Below the pieces are notes generated by a model. The model was given only the letters and a program-made list of their open reading frames with translations. It did not search any database and was not told the origin of the DNA. From Patescibacteria group bacterium (lineage in GTDB: Bacteria > Patescibacteriota > Patescibacteriia > 2-02-FULL-49-11), in assembly GCA_041645165.1 (NCBI GenBank), contig JBAZQN010000003.1, positions 28,198 through 92,197 of the forward strand: 64,000 nt of DNA. Reading direction: 5' to 3'. Positions 19,144 to 29,120 of the stretch are shown here, in pieces. A program made the position numbers and the translations under genes. Numbering within the stretch: position 1 is the stretch's first letter; every line of letters starts with the position of its first letter.

Positions 19144-19704
19144 TCACATCGTATCGTCAACGCAAGGCGCATCAGGCATAGGTGTTCGCGGATTACCATG
19201 CTTGATCCACTGCCCCTCATCGCAGAGCCATGTATCCTCGTCCCCGCTGAATAGGCGCAGGCCGACTATCACAAACGCCAAGAGTAATGCTCCCATCAAT
19301 ATAAAAGCCAGAACTTTACGACTCTGCACACGCGGTTTATTGAGATAATTGAAAATAATGCTATAAACGAGGAGGATAAAACAGGTAGCATACGCTAATA
19401 CATAACCTATTACTTCAAAGAGAGGGTGCCCTTCCCGTAAAGCAATGAGAATAAAAGTGGCAATGCTCGCCATAACCGCAAATATTACCATGGCATAGCG
19501 CGCCGCCTTGCCCGCGATCTGATAATCCCGCTCGTCAGCGATAACCTCTTTCACCTGCCTGCGGAACATCATCATAAGCCCCGCCGCAATCGCAACCGAT
19601 GCCGCTGCCAATGGGTAATTATCGATAATAATAGCTTGGCTTATCACTGCAGCTAATATCATTGCTACGATAATTTTTGCGAATTTATATCTTTGGTAGG
19701 TCAT
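19144..19704 (-). CDS. membrane protein (DUF2178-like partner of XRE regulator)
   Basis: 186 aa, 4 predicted TM helices, immediately downstream of small XRE gene, a recurrent pairing. Confidence 0.5.
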   Translation of the reverse strand: MTYQRYKFAKIIVAMILAAVISQAIIIDNYPLAAASVAIAAGLMMMFRRQVKEVIADERDYQIAGKAARYAMVIFAVMASIATFILIALREGHPLFEVIGYVLAYATCFILLVYSIIFNYLNKPRVQSRKVLAFILMGALLLAFVIVGLRLFSGDEDTWLCDEGQWIKHGNPRTPMPDAPCVDDTM

Positions 19705-19990
19705 AAGATAATAGTTAGAAATACCTCACAATCTTAATGTTGTATTATTCTAACATTGTTGTCAAGGCGTTTGGTGAATATGCTAAATTATGTAATCTGG
19801 CGATATCTGCCGATACCCGATTTTGACCGATCGGCCATAGTCTTTTATAATGGTAAAGTACCAATTAACGAGGGGCTTATTTGGTGCCTCACAGGTAACC
19901 TATAAAGGTTTTTATTTATTATGGCGGCTTTCCGCTTGACGTCCGGCAGTTGCCGACGCTGGCCGTTTACCAGCCAGCCGCCACGGGAGA

Positions 19991-21094
19991 ATGGTTATGT
20001 CCGAAAAAGTTATGGCCGAGTATATATGGCTGGACGGCCGACGACCCACCGCCAAATTGCGTTCCAAAACAAAAATTGTGAACGGGCCTATAGCCAAAAT
20101 TAGCGATTTGGCGGATTGGGGTTTTGACGGTTCTTCCACCGAACAGGCCGAAGGTCACTTTAGCGACTGCATGCTGAAACCGGTACATTTTGTCACCGAT
20201 CCGATACACAAAGCGCCGCACATATTAGTGCTCTGTGAAGTGCTGAATGCCGACGGCACGCCGCACGTTTCCAACACGCGCCATGTGTTAGCCGCAACCG
20301 CCGCCAAATACCGGTCTCATGAACCGTTGTTCGGCATTGAGCAAGAATATACTTTATATCATAAAGATTGGCCACTGGGGTGGCCGACGAGCGGTTTCCC
20401 GCATCCGCAAGGGCGTTATTATTGTGGCGTCGGTTACGATGAAGTACACGGCCGTGAGCTGATAATGGAACATGTGGAGGCCTGCCTGGAAGCCGGACTC
20501 GCCATATCCGGCATTAACGCCGAGGTAATGCCGGCGCAGTGGGAATTCCAGGTCGGCACGCTAAGTCCTTTGGAAGTGAGCGACCAGTTGTGGCTCGCGC
20601 GCTGGCTATTGTATCGCTTGGGAGAAAATTTTTCCGTGTATGCCAAACTGGATCCCAAACCCATGCCAGGAGATTGGAACGGCGCCGGTGGCCACACTAA
20701 TTTTTCAATCAAGAGCATGCGCGAAGACGGCGGTTTAGCAGTCATTAAAAAAACTTGCCAAAAACTGGGCCAATTCCATAAAGAACATTTGCGGGTGTAT
20801 GGCGCGGATAACGATAAGCGTTTAACCGGCAAACACGAAACTTGCAGTATTTACCAATTCCGTTATGGCGTGTCCGACCGGGGAGCCTCTATCCGCATTC
20901 CCATGGCCACGGCCAATGCCGGTAAGGGTTATTTGGAGGACCGCCGGCCAGCGGCGAATCTGGACCCTTACCAAATTTGCACGGCCTTGATCGAAACCGC
21001 GTGCGGAGACGGTTTTAATCCGGATAAATACGGCTGGGGTAATTTTGAAATTAATAATGCGAAACCAGTGGAAATCCAGGCAGAGGACGCTTAA
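19991..21094 (+). CDS. glnII: glutamine synthetase type II (eukaryote-like GSII)
   Basis: ~360 aa, EYIWLDG…GIEQEYTLY…PAQWEFQVG…NGAGGHTNFSIKSMRE motifs of GSII rather than the 470-aa GSI. Confidence 0.85.
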   Translation: MVMSEKVMAEYIWLDGRRPTAKLRSKTKIVNGPIAKISDLADWGFDGSSTEQAEGHFSDCMLKPVHFVTDPIHKAPHILVLCEVLNADGTPHVSNTRHVLAATAAKYRSHEPLFGIEQEYTLYHKDWPLGWPTSGFPHPQGRYYCGVGYDEVHGRELIMEHVEACLEAGLAISGINAEVMPAQWEFQVGTLSPLEVSDQLWLARWLLYRLGENFSVYAKLDPKPMPGDWNGAGGHTNFSIKSMREDGGLAVIKKTCQKLGQFHKEHLRVYGADNDKRLTGKHETCSIYQFRYGVSDRGASIRIPMATANAGKGYLEDRRPAANLDPYQICTALIETACGDGFNPDKYGWGNFEINNAKPVEIQAEDA

Positions 21095-21132
21095 ATAAAC
21101 GCATTTTTATCTGTTGAATTGGTCTTTAAAAA

Positions 21133-21159
21133 GTGGCCGAAATGCTGCAATTCGGCCAC
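21133..21159. terminator. hairpin between convergent glnII and zupT
   Basis: aaaaagtggccgaaatgctgcaattcggccac; A-run on plus side gives T-run for minus-strand transcript. Confidence 0.4.
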
Positions 21160-21188
21160 ATAGGTCTGAAATCAATAATCTGAATCAG

Positions 21189-21989
21189 TTACCCAAACGC
21201 GACGTCAAGCACCATCATGACTGTAAATCCGATCATGGCCCCGATGGTTGCCACGTCCGTGGCATTTTTCTGCGATGCAGGGATTATTTCTTCCACCGAC
21301 ACGTAAATCATGGCGCCTGCGGCAAAGGCAAGCGCATACGGCAATATCCCGCGCATGACGAGCACGCTCGCCGCACCCAATACTGCCGCCACCGGTTCAA
21401 TGAGCGCGGATGCCTGCCCGTAGAAAAAAGCGCGCCAACGGCTCAATCCTTCCCGACGGAACGGAAGCGATACCGCGAGCCCTTCGGGAAAATTCTGTAT
21501 CCCGATCCCCAGCGCGAGCGCGGCCGCGCCTGCCCAGCTTGCCCCGTCTATGCCCTGCGCCGCAGCCCCGAACGCCACGCCGATCGCAAGCCCCTCCGGA
21601 AAATTATGGAACGTGATCGCCAAAAAAAGGAGCATCGTCCTATGCCAGGACGTGCGTATGCCTTCCACGCGCGCAAGCGGCTGACCGAACCATAAATGCG
21701 GAAGCGCTTTATCAATCAGCCAGAGAAACAAGCCGCCGCTTAAAAAACCAACAGCAGGAGGCATCCACGGGAGTATGCCAAGCTTCTCACTCATGGCAAT
21801 GGAAGGCGCAAGCAGCGACCAAAAACTCGCCGCAATCATGACTCCTGCGGTGAAGCCAAGCATGGCGTCTAAAAGCCTCTGCTTAATTGTTTTAAAAAAG
21901 AAAACGCCGGCGGCTCCGACGGCAGTCATGCCCCAGGTAAAGAGCGTGGCATAAAACGCGGCAAGGACTGGATTATCAGGGAAAACCAT
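21189..21989 (-). CDS. zupT: ZIP-family zinc transporter
   Basis: HNFPEGLAIGVAFGAAAQG and second IQNFPEGLAVS motif; multi-TM. Confidence 0.8.
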   Translation of the reverse strand: MVFPDNPVLAAFYATLFTWGMTAVGAAGVFFFKTIKQRLLDAMLGFTAGVMIAASFWSLLAPSIAMSEKLGILPWMPPAVGFLSGGLFLWLIDKALPHLWFGQPLARVEGIRTSWHRTMLLFLAITFHNFPEGLAIGVAFGAAAQGIDGASWAGAAALALGIGIQNFPEGLAVSLPFRREGLSRWRAFFYGQASALIEPVAAVLGAASVLVMRGILPYALAFAAGAMIYVSVEEIIPASQKNATDVATIGAMIGFTVMMVLDVAFG

Positions 21990-22126
21990 GAATGGTCGAA
22001 ATGGTCATGCGATATCTTCCTTATAAGCTTACCAAAATAATGGGAAAAAAGCCATGGAGAAAAAGTCATAATAAATAAGCGCCTTCGCTATATCGAGGCT
22101 ATTCGCCTGCAAAAACTTTCTCTCAA

Positions 22127-23104
22127 CTATAATATCCATGTGTACACATACCCCAGTATGATTATGCTCGCCGTGATTGTGCCATAAAATATGGCGATAA
22201 GCCTGCAGGTCATCGCTTTCTTGAGCATTATGGCAGACGGGAAAGAGAGGCCGACCGCTGCCATCATAAAGGCAAGCACCACTCCGAGCGGAATGCCCTT
22301 GTCTACCAGCGCTTGCGCAATAGGGAGTATCCCTGCCGCATTCGCATACAGGGGCACAGCTACCATGACGGCAACCGGTACGGCGATGAGACTATTCACA
22401 GGGAGATATGTTTCAAAAAATCCTATGGGAACAAAGCCATGAATGACCGCGCCCACGCCCACACCGATGATTACATAAACCCCCACGCTCCGCACGATGT
22501 TCCATGTTCCTCTGGCAGCGCGAGCTAGCTTCTTTGAAAAACCGTTACCTTCCTGAATAAATACTCCCTGCACCTCCTGCATTACGGCTTGCGTAACCCA
22601 AGACGATAAATACTTTTCTAACCTCATTTTCCCAAGCAGGTAGCCGGCAACCACCGCTACCAGTATCCCGCTCATTACGTAAATAAGGGTAACTTTAACG
22701 CCAAATACACCCAGAAGCATAGCTATCACTACCGAATCGACTAGCGGCGAGCTGATAAGGAAGGCTAAAGTCACCCCCAAGGGAATGCCGCCGCGCACGA
22801 ACCCTATGAAGAGCGGCACCGAGGAACAGGAGCAGAAAGGCGTGATAGTGCCAAAAAGCGCTGCCAATAAGTAATCAGCGCCATATAATTTTTTAGTACT
22901 AAGATACGCACGCACCTTTTCCACGGGAAAATACTCATTCACCAAACCCATGACGAGCGCTATGCTAAAGAGAAGAATAAATATCTTTAGGGTGTCGTAA
23001 ATAAAAAACCGCACGCTCTCGCCAATGCGGGTCGCCTCGCCGAGTGAAAAGACGCGGAATGCCGCCCAATCGGCGAATTGTTCAAGCGGGTACCAAATAC
23101 TCAT
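22127..23104 (-). CDS. permease (ArsP/DUF318-like)
   Basis: 325-aa multi-TM protein with TPFCSCSSVPLF cysteine motif typical of ArsP-type permeases; co-operonic with thioredoxin-like and ArsR genes. Confidence 0.65.
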   Translation of the reverse strand: MSIWYPLEQFADWAAFRVFSLGEATRIGESVRFFIYDTLKIFILLFSIALVMGLVNEYFPVEKVRAYLSTKKLYGADYLLAALFGTITPFCSCSSVPLFIGFVRGGIPLGVTLAFLISSPLVDSVVIAMLLGVFGVKVTLIYVMSGILVAVVAGYLLGKMRLEKYLSSWVTQAVMQEVQGVFIQEGNGFSKKLARAARGTWNIVRSVGVYVIIGVGVGAVIHGFVPIGFFETYLPVNSLIAVPVAVMVAVPLYANAAGILPIAQALVDKGIPLGVVLAFMMAAVGLSFPSAIMLKKAMTCRLIAIFYGTITASIIILGYVYTWIL

Positions 23105-23105
23105 A

Positions 23106-23345
23106 CTATCCTGCCTGCTGAATGAGTTCCTTTATTTTCTCTAAAGAGGGCAGACTCCCGGCCAACACAGACTTCTCGTCAATGACGAGAACCGGACTGT
23201 GCATAATCCCCCTAGCCACAATCCTTTCCACATCCGTGATATATTCAATCTCTGCAGATACCCCCAACAATGTTACTGCTTCTTTTGTTCGCTCTAAGAG
23301 CATTTTACACGTAGGGCATCCTGTGCCCATAACTTGTATCTTCAT
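23106..23345 (-). CDS. small thioredoxin-fold redox-active disulfide protein
   Basis: MKIQVMGTGCPTCKML CPxC motif, 79 aa. Confidence 0.7.
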   Translation of the reverse strand: MKIQVMGTGCPTCKMLLERTKEAVTLLGVSAEIEYITDVERIVARGIMHSPVLVIDEKSVLAGSLPSLEKIKELIQQAG

Positions 23346-23674
23346 AGTGGTGCATTTAATAAGCGCAATACGCGAATAAGGCGCTTCCCTTGCGCCGTCA
23401 GAGCATAATCAATGTACTTGCCAGCGCGTTTTTTCTCCACCACGCCTCCTGCCATCAGATCGGCCAGGTGATGCGATATGAGTGTTTGGGACATGCGCGT
23501 ATGCGTCATTAAATCGCACACGCAGTGCGCGCCTCGGGAGAGCAGCAAGAGTAGTCTCACGCGCGCAGGCACCGCAAGCAATTTCAATGTATTCTCCGCC
23601 GCAACGAGTGAAGCATCTCCTTGCTCTAACGCCGGTGATGAGGAATGACAACGACAACGTTTATATATGAACAT
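23342..23674 (-). CDS. arsR: ArsR/SmtB-family metalloregulator
   Basis: CVCDLMTHTRMSQTLISHHLADLMAGGVV wHTH with CVCDL metal-binding motif. Confidence 0.8.
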   Translation of the reverse strand: MFIYKRCRCHSSSPALEQGDASLVAAENTLKLLAVPARVRLLLLLSRGAHCVCDLMTHTRMSQTLISHHLADLMAGGVVEKKRAGKYIDYALTAQGKRLIRVLRLLNAPL

Positions 23675-23740
23675 ACGTTCATATAATAATCCCTTCTATT
23701 CATTCAGTCAATCGGGTTCGAACTCCCTTTCTTACCCAAT

Positions 23741-23778
23741 CAAAAACACCCTGAAAGGGATGTTAAAAATCAAAACTC
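23741..23778. repeat. conserved hairpin module (copy 1) next to tRNA-like remnant
   Basis: caaaaacaccctgaaagggatgttaaaaatcaaaactc; second copy with compensatory stem changes at 48168-48207; preceded by gggttcgaactccc T-arm-like fragment. Confidence 0.5.
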
Positions 23779-23854
23779 TCTAGGATAAGATGGCGTTAAT
23801 AAGGACCAGGCTTATAACCCAGTCTTATACAAATCTGAACAATCTTGGAAACAA

Positions 23855-25360
23855 TCAGCGCCTGGTCATGAGATTCATGATGTTCATTTCATACCACACC
23901 TTCTCCGCCACTCTCTTCTCCTGCCGCTCGATCCAGGGTGTCCAGTCAAATGCTTCTTCAGATTTATTTTTCCCTTCTCTCTCCAGATAATCGGCTTTTT
24001 CTTTCAACGCGCCTTGTTGCTCATATCGTTTCACTAATGAGAGCACGTCCGGTGACAGCATGGTAAGCTCGTACAGCCGAATTCTTGAATTTTCTATGCC
24101 GGACAGGGCGACATTGGCACGTAAGATGAATTGTTCAACGGGTAACACCGTCACCGCGGCATACATCCAAATAAAGAGCACTACCAAAAATTTGAGGATA
24201 TTGGAGCGCTGCGCGATAAACAAGCGCGTGATGAGCCACACAAAGACTATCGCACAATAGAGCACCGTGTAGGCGGCAAAAAATTTTTCGTAGCTGAACC
24301 CGTAATAGGTGACATAGAGCCCCATGCGATAGCCTGCGGAAACTAGCAACAGCAATGACGCGGCAGTAAAAGCCGCCAGAATCTTTTGCACTATGGGGCT
24401 GGTTTTTCTGTATGCGAAGAAATAAATCAATATATTGATCACGGACAAAAACAGCAGCTGCCAAAAACCGCTTTTCACCAAATGCTCGGTTTCCTTGAAA
24501 TCAAAGGGGAGGTCTCCCACCCACAAACGCTTCACCTGCACCCAGAGAAAAAGCGCATACAGGCAGAGGATGCCGCCGAGCACGATCCCTGCGACAATCG
24601 AGTCGATCGGCTTGTCCTGTTTCTCTTTTTTGCCGTAATCAAACGGCCCGCTCCACGCCGCGAGCACTGATGAGAATAGGATTGATAAAGCAATGCCCAC
24701 CAGCAGCTTGTACATGAATGGCACAGAGATAATTTCTTTGAACCAATCATAGATGCCTTTCATGCGTTCGGCGAACACAGCATCGGCAGAGGAGAGAAGC
24801 GGAATGAAGACAGTGAGCGCGATGACCAAAAACAAGACTAGGCCGGCTGTTACTCTTACCGCAATCCGCTTCTTTGCCGATCCGGTCGGTACAATAAGAT
24901 TCAGATAGAGTGTGGCGGACTTGCCAATCTGCAAGAGGAATGAGAAAAATCGGCTAATTATCCTTAGCACATACTCGATATCCCAGTACTTTGACTCTTT
25001 ATCAGGCAAAAACGCCTGATTGTAAAAAATCGCAAACCCCGCCGGCAGAACCATGAGACTGAATATTTTTAGAAAAGGATTATCGTAGAGCGCGAAACTC
25101 AGGACGATAAGTGTGAACGGTATGAGCCACGCGAGATCATTCTTTCCAAAATGCCCTTCTTTGCGCAAGACCCACACGAATAACCCAAGAAATAAAACCA
25201 GAAAAATAAAGGCATTGAATCCCAGCGCATACACTCCTTTGCTCCAGAAATTCCACAGGAAGACAACCCAAAAAATCGCCAAACCAGCGCACAAAATAAG
25301 CCTAAGGGCCAAATCCCTGTTTAAACTCTCCGGGTGTTCCGTGGGAGCATTATTTGCCAT
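23855..25360 (-). CDS. polytopic membrane protein (DUF4153-like)
   Basis: 501 aa, ~12 TM helices, charged C-terminal tail; no catalytic motif recognised. Confidence 0.55.
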   Translation of the reverse strand: MANNAPTEHPESLNRDLALRLILCAGLAIFWVVFLWNFWSKGVYALGFNAFIFLVLFLGLFVWVLRKEGHFGKNDLAWLIPFTLIVLSFALYDNPFLKIFSLMVLPAGFAIFYNQAFLPDKESKYWDIEYVLRIISRFFSFLLQIGKSATLYLNLIVPTGSAKKRIAVRVTAGLVLFLVIALTVFIPLLSSADAVFAERMKGIYDWFKEIISVPFMYKLLVGIALSILFSSVLAAWSGPFDYGKKEKQDKPIDSIVAGIVLGGILCLYALFLWVQVKRLWVGDLPFDFKETEHLVKSGFWQLLFLSVINILIYFFAYRKTSPIVQKILAAFTAASLLLLVSAGYRMGLYVTYYGFSYEKFFAAYTVLYCAIVFVWLITRLFIAQRSNILKFLVVLFIWMYAAVTVLPVEQFILRANVALSGIENSRIRLYELTMLSPDVLSLVKRYEQQGALKEKADYLEREGKNKSEEAFDWTPWIERQEKRVAEKVWYEMNIMNLMTRR

Positions 25361-25419
25361 GTTTCAATAATCCCACGAAATATGACTTAAATCAAGGAAA
25401 ATCGCCCAAACGCTAAACC

Positions 25420-25452
25420 CGCCCCGCAAATGCGGGGCGGGTTTAGGACCTC
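25420..25452. terminator. perfect GC hairpin flanked by A/T runs (bidirectional terminator)
   Basis: aaacccgccccgcaaatgcggggcgggttt. Confidence 0.5.
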
Positions 25453-25995
25453 TAAATACGGCAGTATTCCGAATGGTCAGAACCTCTCAAAATGCATGTA
25501 AATAAAAGAGAAAACGAGCGCTTGTACGCTCGCTGTCCCATATTCCTCTCCGCCTTGACTGACGTTAGAACCTGCTTGCAAGGATTAGTGGATAAATATT
25601 TGCCGTTTGTATTGGTAAAATCGTGGTAGTATCTTAGTGCAAAATTGAACAATTTCCGTATATATATTCAACGAAAAGTGGCTTTCGGATGTCCCCTCCC
25701 TGCGATAGAGACCGTAGGGGATCACGGCTGGCGATCCCACGGTCTTACGAACCTAACCATGTTACTGCTCTTAAACTTTTTCCTTAAGGTAACCCTATAG
25801 CAAGAGCCACAGGGTGTCCTGTGAAGCTATCAACCTTTCGCTCTCCTGAGACCATGCATGTATATGATAAGAAGTCGCGACGTAACAAAAAAGATTACAT
25901 CCGCCTTCTGCGCCGTTTCTGCCCGCACCGTAATCTCTGACCACACCATGTGCCGCCCAGCAAGAAAATGCAATGTGCATTGCCTTTCACACGGC

Positions 25996-27942
25996 CTACA
26001 AGCTGCCCATATCTAGTGTCTTCCAGAGGGTTGCCAAGGAGAGAGAGGCTGCGCCGACGACCTGATCTGCGGCCCCGAAATACATGTAAAGATCACCGCC
26101 CCTAATGACCGCGCCGCAAGGGAAAACGACATTCGATACCTGACCTAATTTTTCAAACGGCATCCGCGGCTCAAACAGCGACTCATCAGTTCGCGCGATA
26201 ATGCGGGTAGGATCCTTCACATCGGCCAACACGGCGCCGACGCGGTATTGACCATCATCGTCGGATATGCCATGGTAGAGCACCAGCCACCCTTTATCGG
26301 TCTTCAACGGCGGCGCAGCAATGCCAACTTTACGTGAATCCCACATGCCTTTCCGCGGCGCGATCCAGCGGTACTCCTCGAGCCACGTCTTCCCGTCAAA
26401 CGCAAGGCTGGCATGAAATGAAAGGTCAATATCATCCCCACTTCGATGGATAATGAGGTAGGTGCTGTTGATCTTCTCCGGGAAGAGACACGCATCTTTA
26501 TCATCGCACCCGGGCGGCGAAATGAGTACGGGTTTTGCCCAATTCCATTTTCTCTCAAGGAAATCCTTCTCATGAATTGAGGTGAGCGCGACCCGCGGTG
26601 GATTTTTTCCATCGTAGGCCGTATAGCACATATAGAATTTAGTACCCATCTTCGTCAGCCGCGGATCTTCGCATCCCGAATTCGCCCCGGGCACCACTTT
26701 TTGTTCAAATACCTCTCGAGGAACGTAGACCGGCTCTGGTAACCGCTCATCAATGTCAAATCCGTTCGTGCTGTTGGCGTATCCCAACACTGACGTATTG
26801 TCGTGAGACATGGCGCGGTACAGGAGATGCACCTTGCCATTCAGGTACACAGCCGCGGGATTGAATACCGCCTTAGACTCCCACGGATGATCAGCGATGG
26901 GCGCAAACATCTGTTGCTCGCGCGCCCACAACGATCGCAGGGGACCAGCAGGCGCTGTGAGTTTCTGCAATAATCCTTTGAGGGAAATAAATGCGAGACA
27001 GCAAACGGTATCAGCGGCGCCGTAGTACAGGTACACCTTCCCTCGGCGGATGAGCGCGCCCGAGGGGAATACCACATTCGGCACGATCCCGATTTTCTCA
27101 TAGTATTCCTCTGCGGTAAGCAGCGGATACAGGGTACGCGCAATGACGTGTCGTGGATCCTTGAGATCAAGCAATACTGCTTCCACGCCAAACACCTGAT
27201 GAGGATGACTGTAGTTCTTGATATACGAGTAAAGCAGTAACCAGCCCGCCTTTGTCTTCAAAGGAGGCGCACCTACTTCAACGTGGTCATAGGGAGTCCG
27301 CTGGAGCGGCAGGGTGGGCTGCGCGGAGAGATTACGGTACCACTCCTGCCAGTAATCCTCTACCCACATGTCTTGCGGCGTGTCAAAACTCGCGAGGCAT
27401 ATATGCGTGGGCGGCCGGTCAGTATTCACCGACAGCACCGCCCAGATCTTGCCGTTCACTCTCTCCGGAAATAGTGCCATGGCCTTCGCATTAAACGACG
27501 TCACGAGGTGTTTCTCCTTGATAGTCTGCAAGTCGGCGCTCACGGCCACGCCCACGCGGATGCCATCGGCTCTAAACGGATACTCGGACAGCGCGGTATA
27601 AAAGATGTAATACATTCCCTCAAGGGCAGTCACCCGAGGATCTTCGCACCCAAACCGGTCCCACGGCATATCAGGAACAATAAATCGTTGCCGTGCAGAA
27701 AAATGCACGCCATCCTTACTTTTCGCGATCCCCACATCAGACACCTTCAGCGTGGTGTTTGCGGCAGAATGGAAATGAGGCAGTGAGACAGCACGGTAGA
27801 GCAGGTAAATGGAACCCTGGTGGAGTACCGGGCATCCATTAAATACCGCATCCGCCTCCCACGATTGATGCCGATGGGGGATGAGTATCGGATTTTTACT
27901 CAATCGCTCGACGATCATAGCTGCGTAAAAAAAATAACCCAT
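25996..27942 (-). CDS. tandem-fused glycoside hydrolase family 130-like protein (two phosphorylase domains)
   Basis: 648 aa = two ~320-aa halves each with GH130-like blocks (…LYRAVSLPH…DPRV…GAPPLKT.KGWLLLYS… and …LLYRAMSHD…GCEDPRLT…APPLKTDKGWLVLYHG…). Confidence 0.7.
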   Translation of the reverse strand: MGYFFYAAMIVERLSKNPILIPHRHQSWEADAVFNGCPVLHQGSIYLLYRAVSLPHFHSAANTTLKVSDVGIAKSKDGVHFSARQRFIVPDMPWDRFGCEDPRVTALEGMYYIFYTALSEYPFRADGIRVGVAVSADLQTIKEKHLVTSFNAKAMALFPERVNGKIWAVLSVNTDRPPTHICLASFDTPQDMWVEDYWQEWYRNLSAQPTLPLQRTPYDHVEVGAPPLKTKAGWLLLYSYIKNYSHPHQVFGVEAVLLDLKDPRHVIARTLYPLLTAEEYYEKIGIVPNVVFPSGALIRRGKVYLYYGAADTVCCLAFISLKGLLQKLTAPAGPLRSLWAREQQMFAPIADHPWESKAVFNPAAVYLNGKVHLLYRAMSHDNTSVLGYANSTNGFDIDERLPEPVYVPREVFEQKVVPGANSGCEDPRLTKMGTKFYMCYTAYDGKNPPRVALTSIHEKDFLERKWNWAKPVLISPPGCDDKDACLFPEKINSTYLIIHRSGDDIDLSFHASLAFDGKTWLEEYRWIAPRKGMWDSRKVGIAAPPLKTDKGWLVLYHGISDDDGQYRVGAVLADVKDPTRIIARTDESLFEPRMPFEKLGQVSNVVFPCGAVIRGGDLYMYFGAADQVVGAASLSLATLWKTLDMGSL

Positions 27943-27983
27943 CCACGAGCATCAATAAAAACGTAGCAAGCATAAGGTGTATC

Positions 27984-29120
27984 TTATGATTTCTCTCGCA
28001 CGACGCTCCGCGTGAGTACAGGCTCCTGGTCTTTCCGGAGCGCGTCGATGAACTGCGCAAAATCGACATGGGCCACGCAGACGTAACTGTCTGCCGCGCC
28101 ATAGTACACGAGCAGCTGTCCGTCTTTCACCACGGCGCCTGAAACGTACACCACACCTGGTTTAAACCCGTGATGCTCATACGGCTCACTAGGCTCTAAG
28201 ACTGGCGTGCGTGCGCGAGAGCGCACTATAGTCGGGTCATCGTGATCAAGCAAGAGCGCGCCGACCCGGTACTTGCTCCAGTCATGATCCATCGCGTGGT
28301 AGAATACCAGCCAACCATAGTCCGTCTTGAGCGGCACCGGCCCGGCGCCCCGTATCCATCGATCCCAGCAATTCTGCCGCGGTTTCCCGCCGTGATTGCT
28401 GGCGATACAAGCCTGATTTTTAAATTCGAGGCTGTCCACATACTCGACGAGCACCTCTGGATTGAGGCTGTGCAGTATCGCATACTTCCCATGTATCTTC
28501 TCCGGGAATATCACCCAGTTCTTATGGACCTCCTCGGGAGGAGAGATGAGGAGGGGCGCTTTCCAATGCCACCGCTTCTGCAGAAAGTCTTCGAGAGATA
28601 TTGAGGTGAGTGCAACCCGTAAGTCGCCGTTGCAGGCCGTATACATCATATACAAAACATCCTCGTCGCCCACGCGCACAATGCGCGGATCCTCACTACC
28701 GCCCCAGCTCCCGCCCGACTGATAACAATACACCTGGGAAGGCCTCCGCCCGACCCGATGTTCGTACACAGGATGGGGCAGCCTTTCGTTAATCACAAAT
28801 CCATCCTTGGACGCCGCATACCCAAAGCGCGAAATGCCGTCTTTTCCAATCGCTCGGTACAAAAAATGGACGACATCGTTCAGCACGATCGCTCCTGGAT
28901 TGAATGTCTGCCACCCCTCCCACTCATTCTCTGTACGGGGGAAAAGTATGGGATTCTCGGGAATTTTGTGTAATTGAAAAGCAGATACTGTCCTTTTTCT
29001 AGCTCTCTGCGCCCCCTTTGTGGCTGTTTTCTTTGCTGCTCCCTGGGATTTCCCCGCCTGGTAGGGTCTAGTACCCCCCGTTGAGAACTTAAATAAATAC
29101 TTCAATAGTGTTTTGAGCAT
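27984..29120 (-). CDS. GH130-like glycoside phosphorylase/hydrolase
   Basis: IPENPILFPR…FNPGAIVLNDVVHFLYRAIG…GGSEDPRIV…GPVPLKTDYGWLVFYHA; start uncertain (ORF open to 29291, basic N-terminal extension). Confidence 0.65.
   Translation of the reverse strand: MLKTLLKYLFKFSTGGTRPYQAGKSQGAAKKTATKGAQRARKRTVSAFQLHKIPENPILFPRTENEWEGWQTFNPGAIVLNDVVHFLYRAIGKDGISRFGYAASKDGFVINERLPHPVYEHRVGRRPSQVYCYQSGGSWGGSEDPRIVRVGDEDVLYMMYTACNGDLRVALTSISLEDFLQKRWHWKAPLLISPPEEVHKNWVIFPEKIHGKYAILHSLNPEVLVEYVDSLEFKNQACIASNHGGKPRQNCWDRWIRGAGPVPLKTDYGWLVFYHAMDHDWSKYRVGALLLDHDDPTIVRSRARTPVLEPSEPYEHHGFKPGVVYVSGAVVKDGQLLVYYGAADSYVCVAHVDFAQFIDALRKDQEPVLTRSVVREKS

Noticed and set aside
21114-21695. 193-aa Arg-rich plus-strand ORF antisense to zupT
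   Set aside because: Antisense to a well-supported transporter gene and compositionally biased.
23700-23735. tRNA gene at the gggttcgaactccc T-arm-like sequence
   Set aside because: No acceptor, D or anticodon arms can be completed around it; treated as a tRNA remnant.
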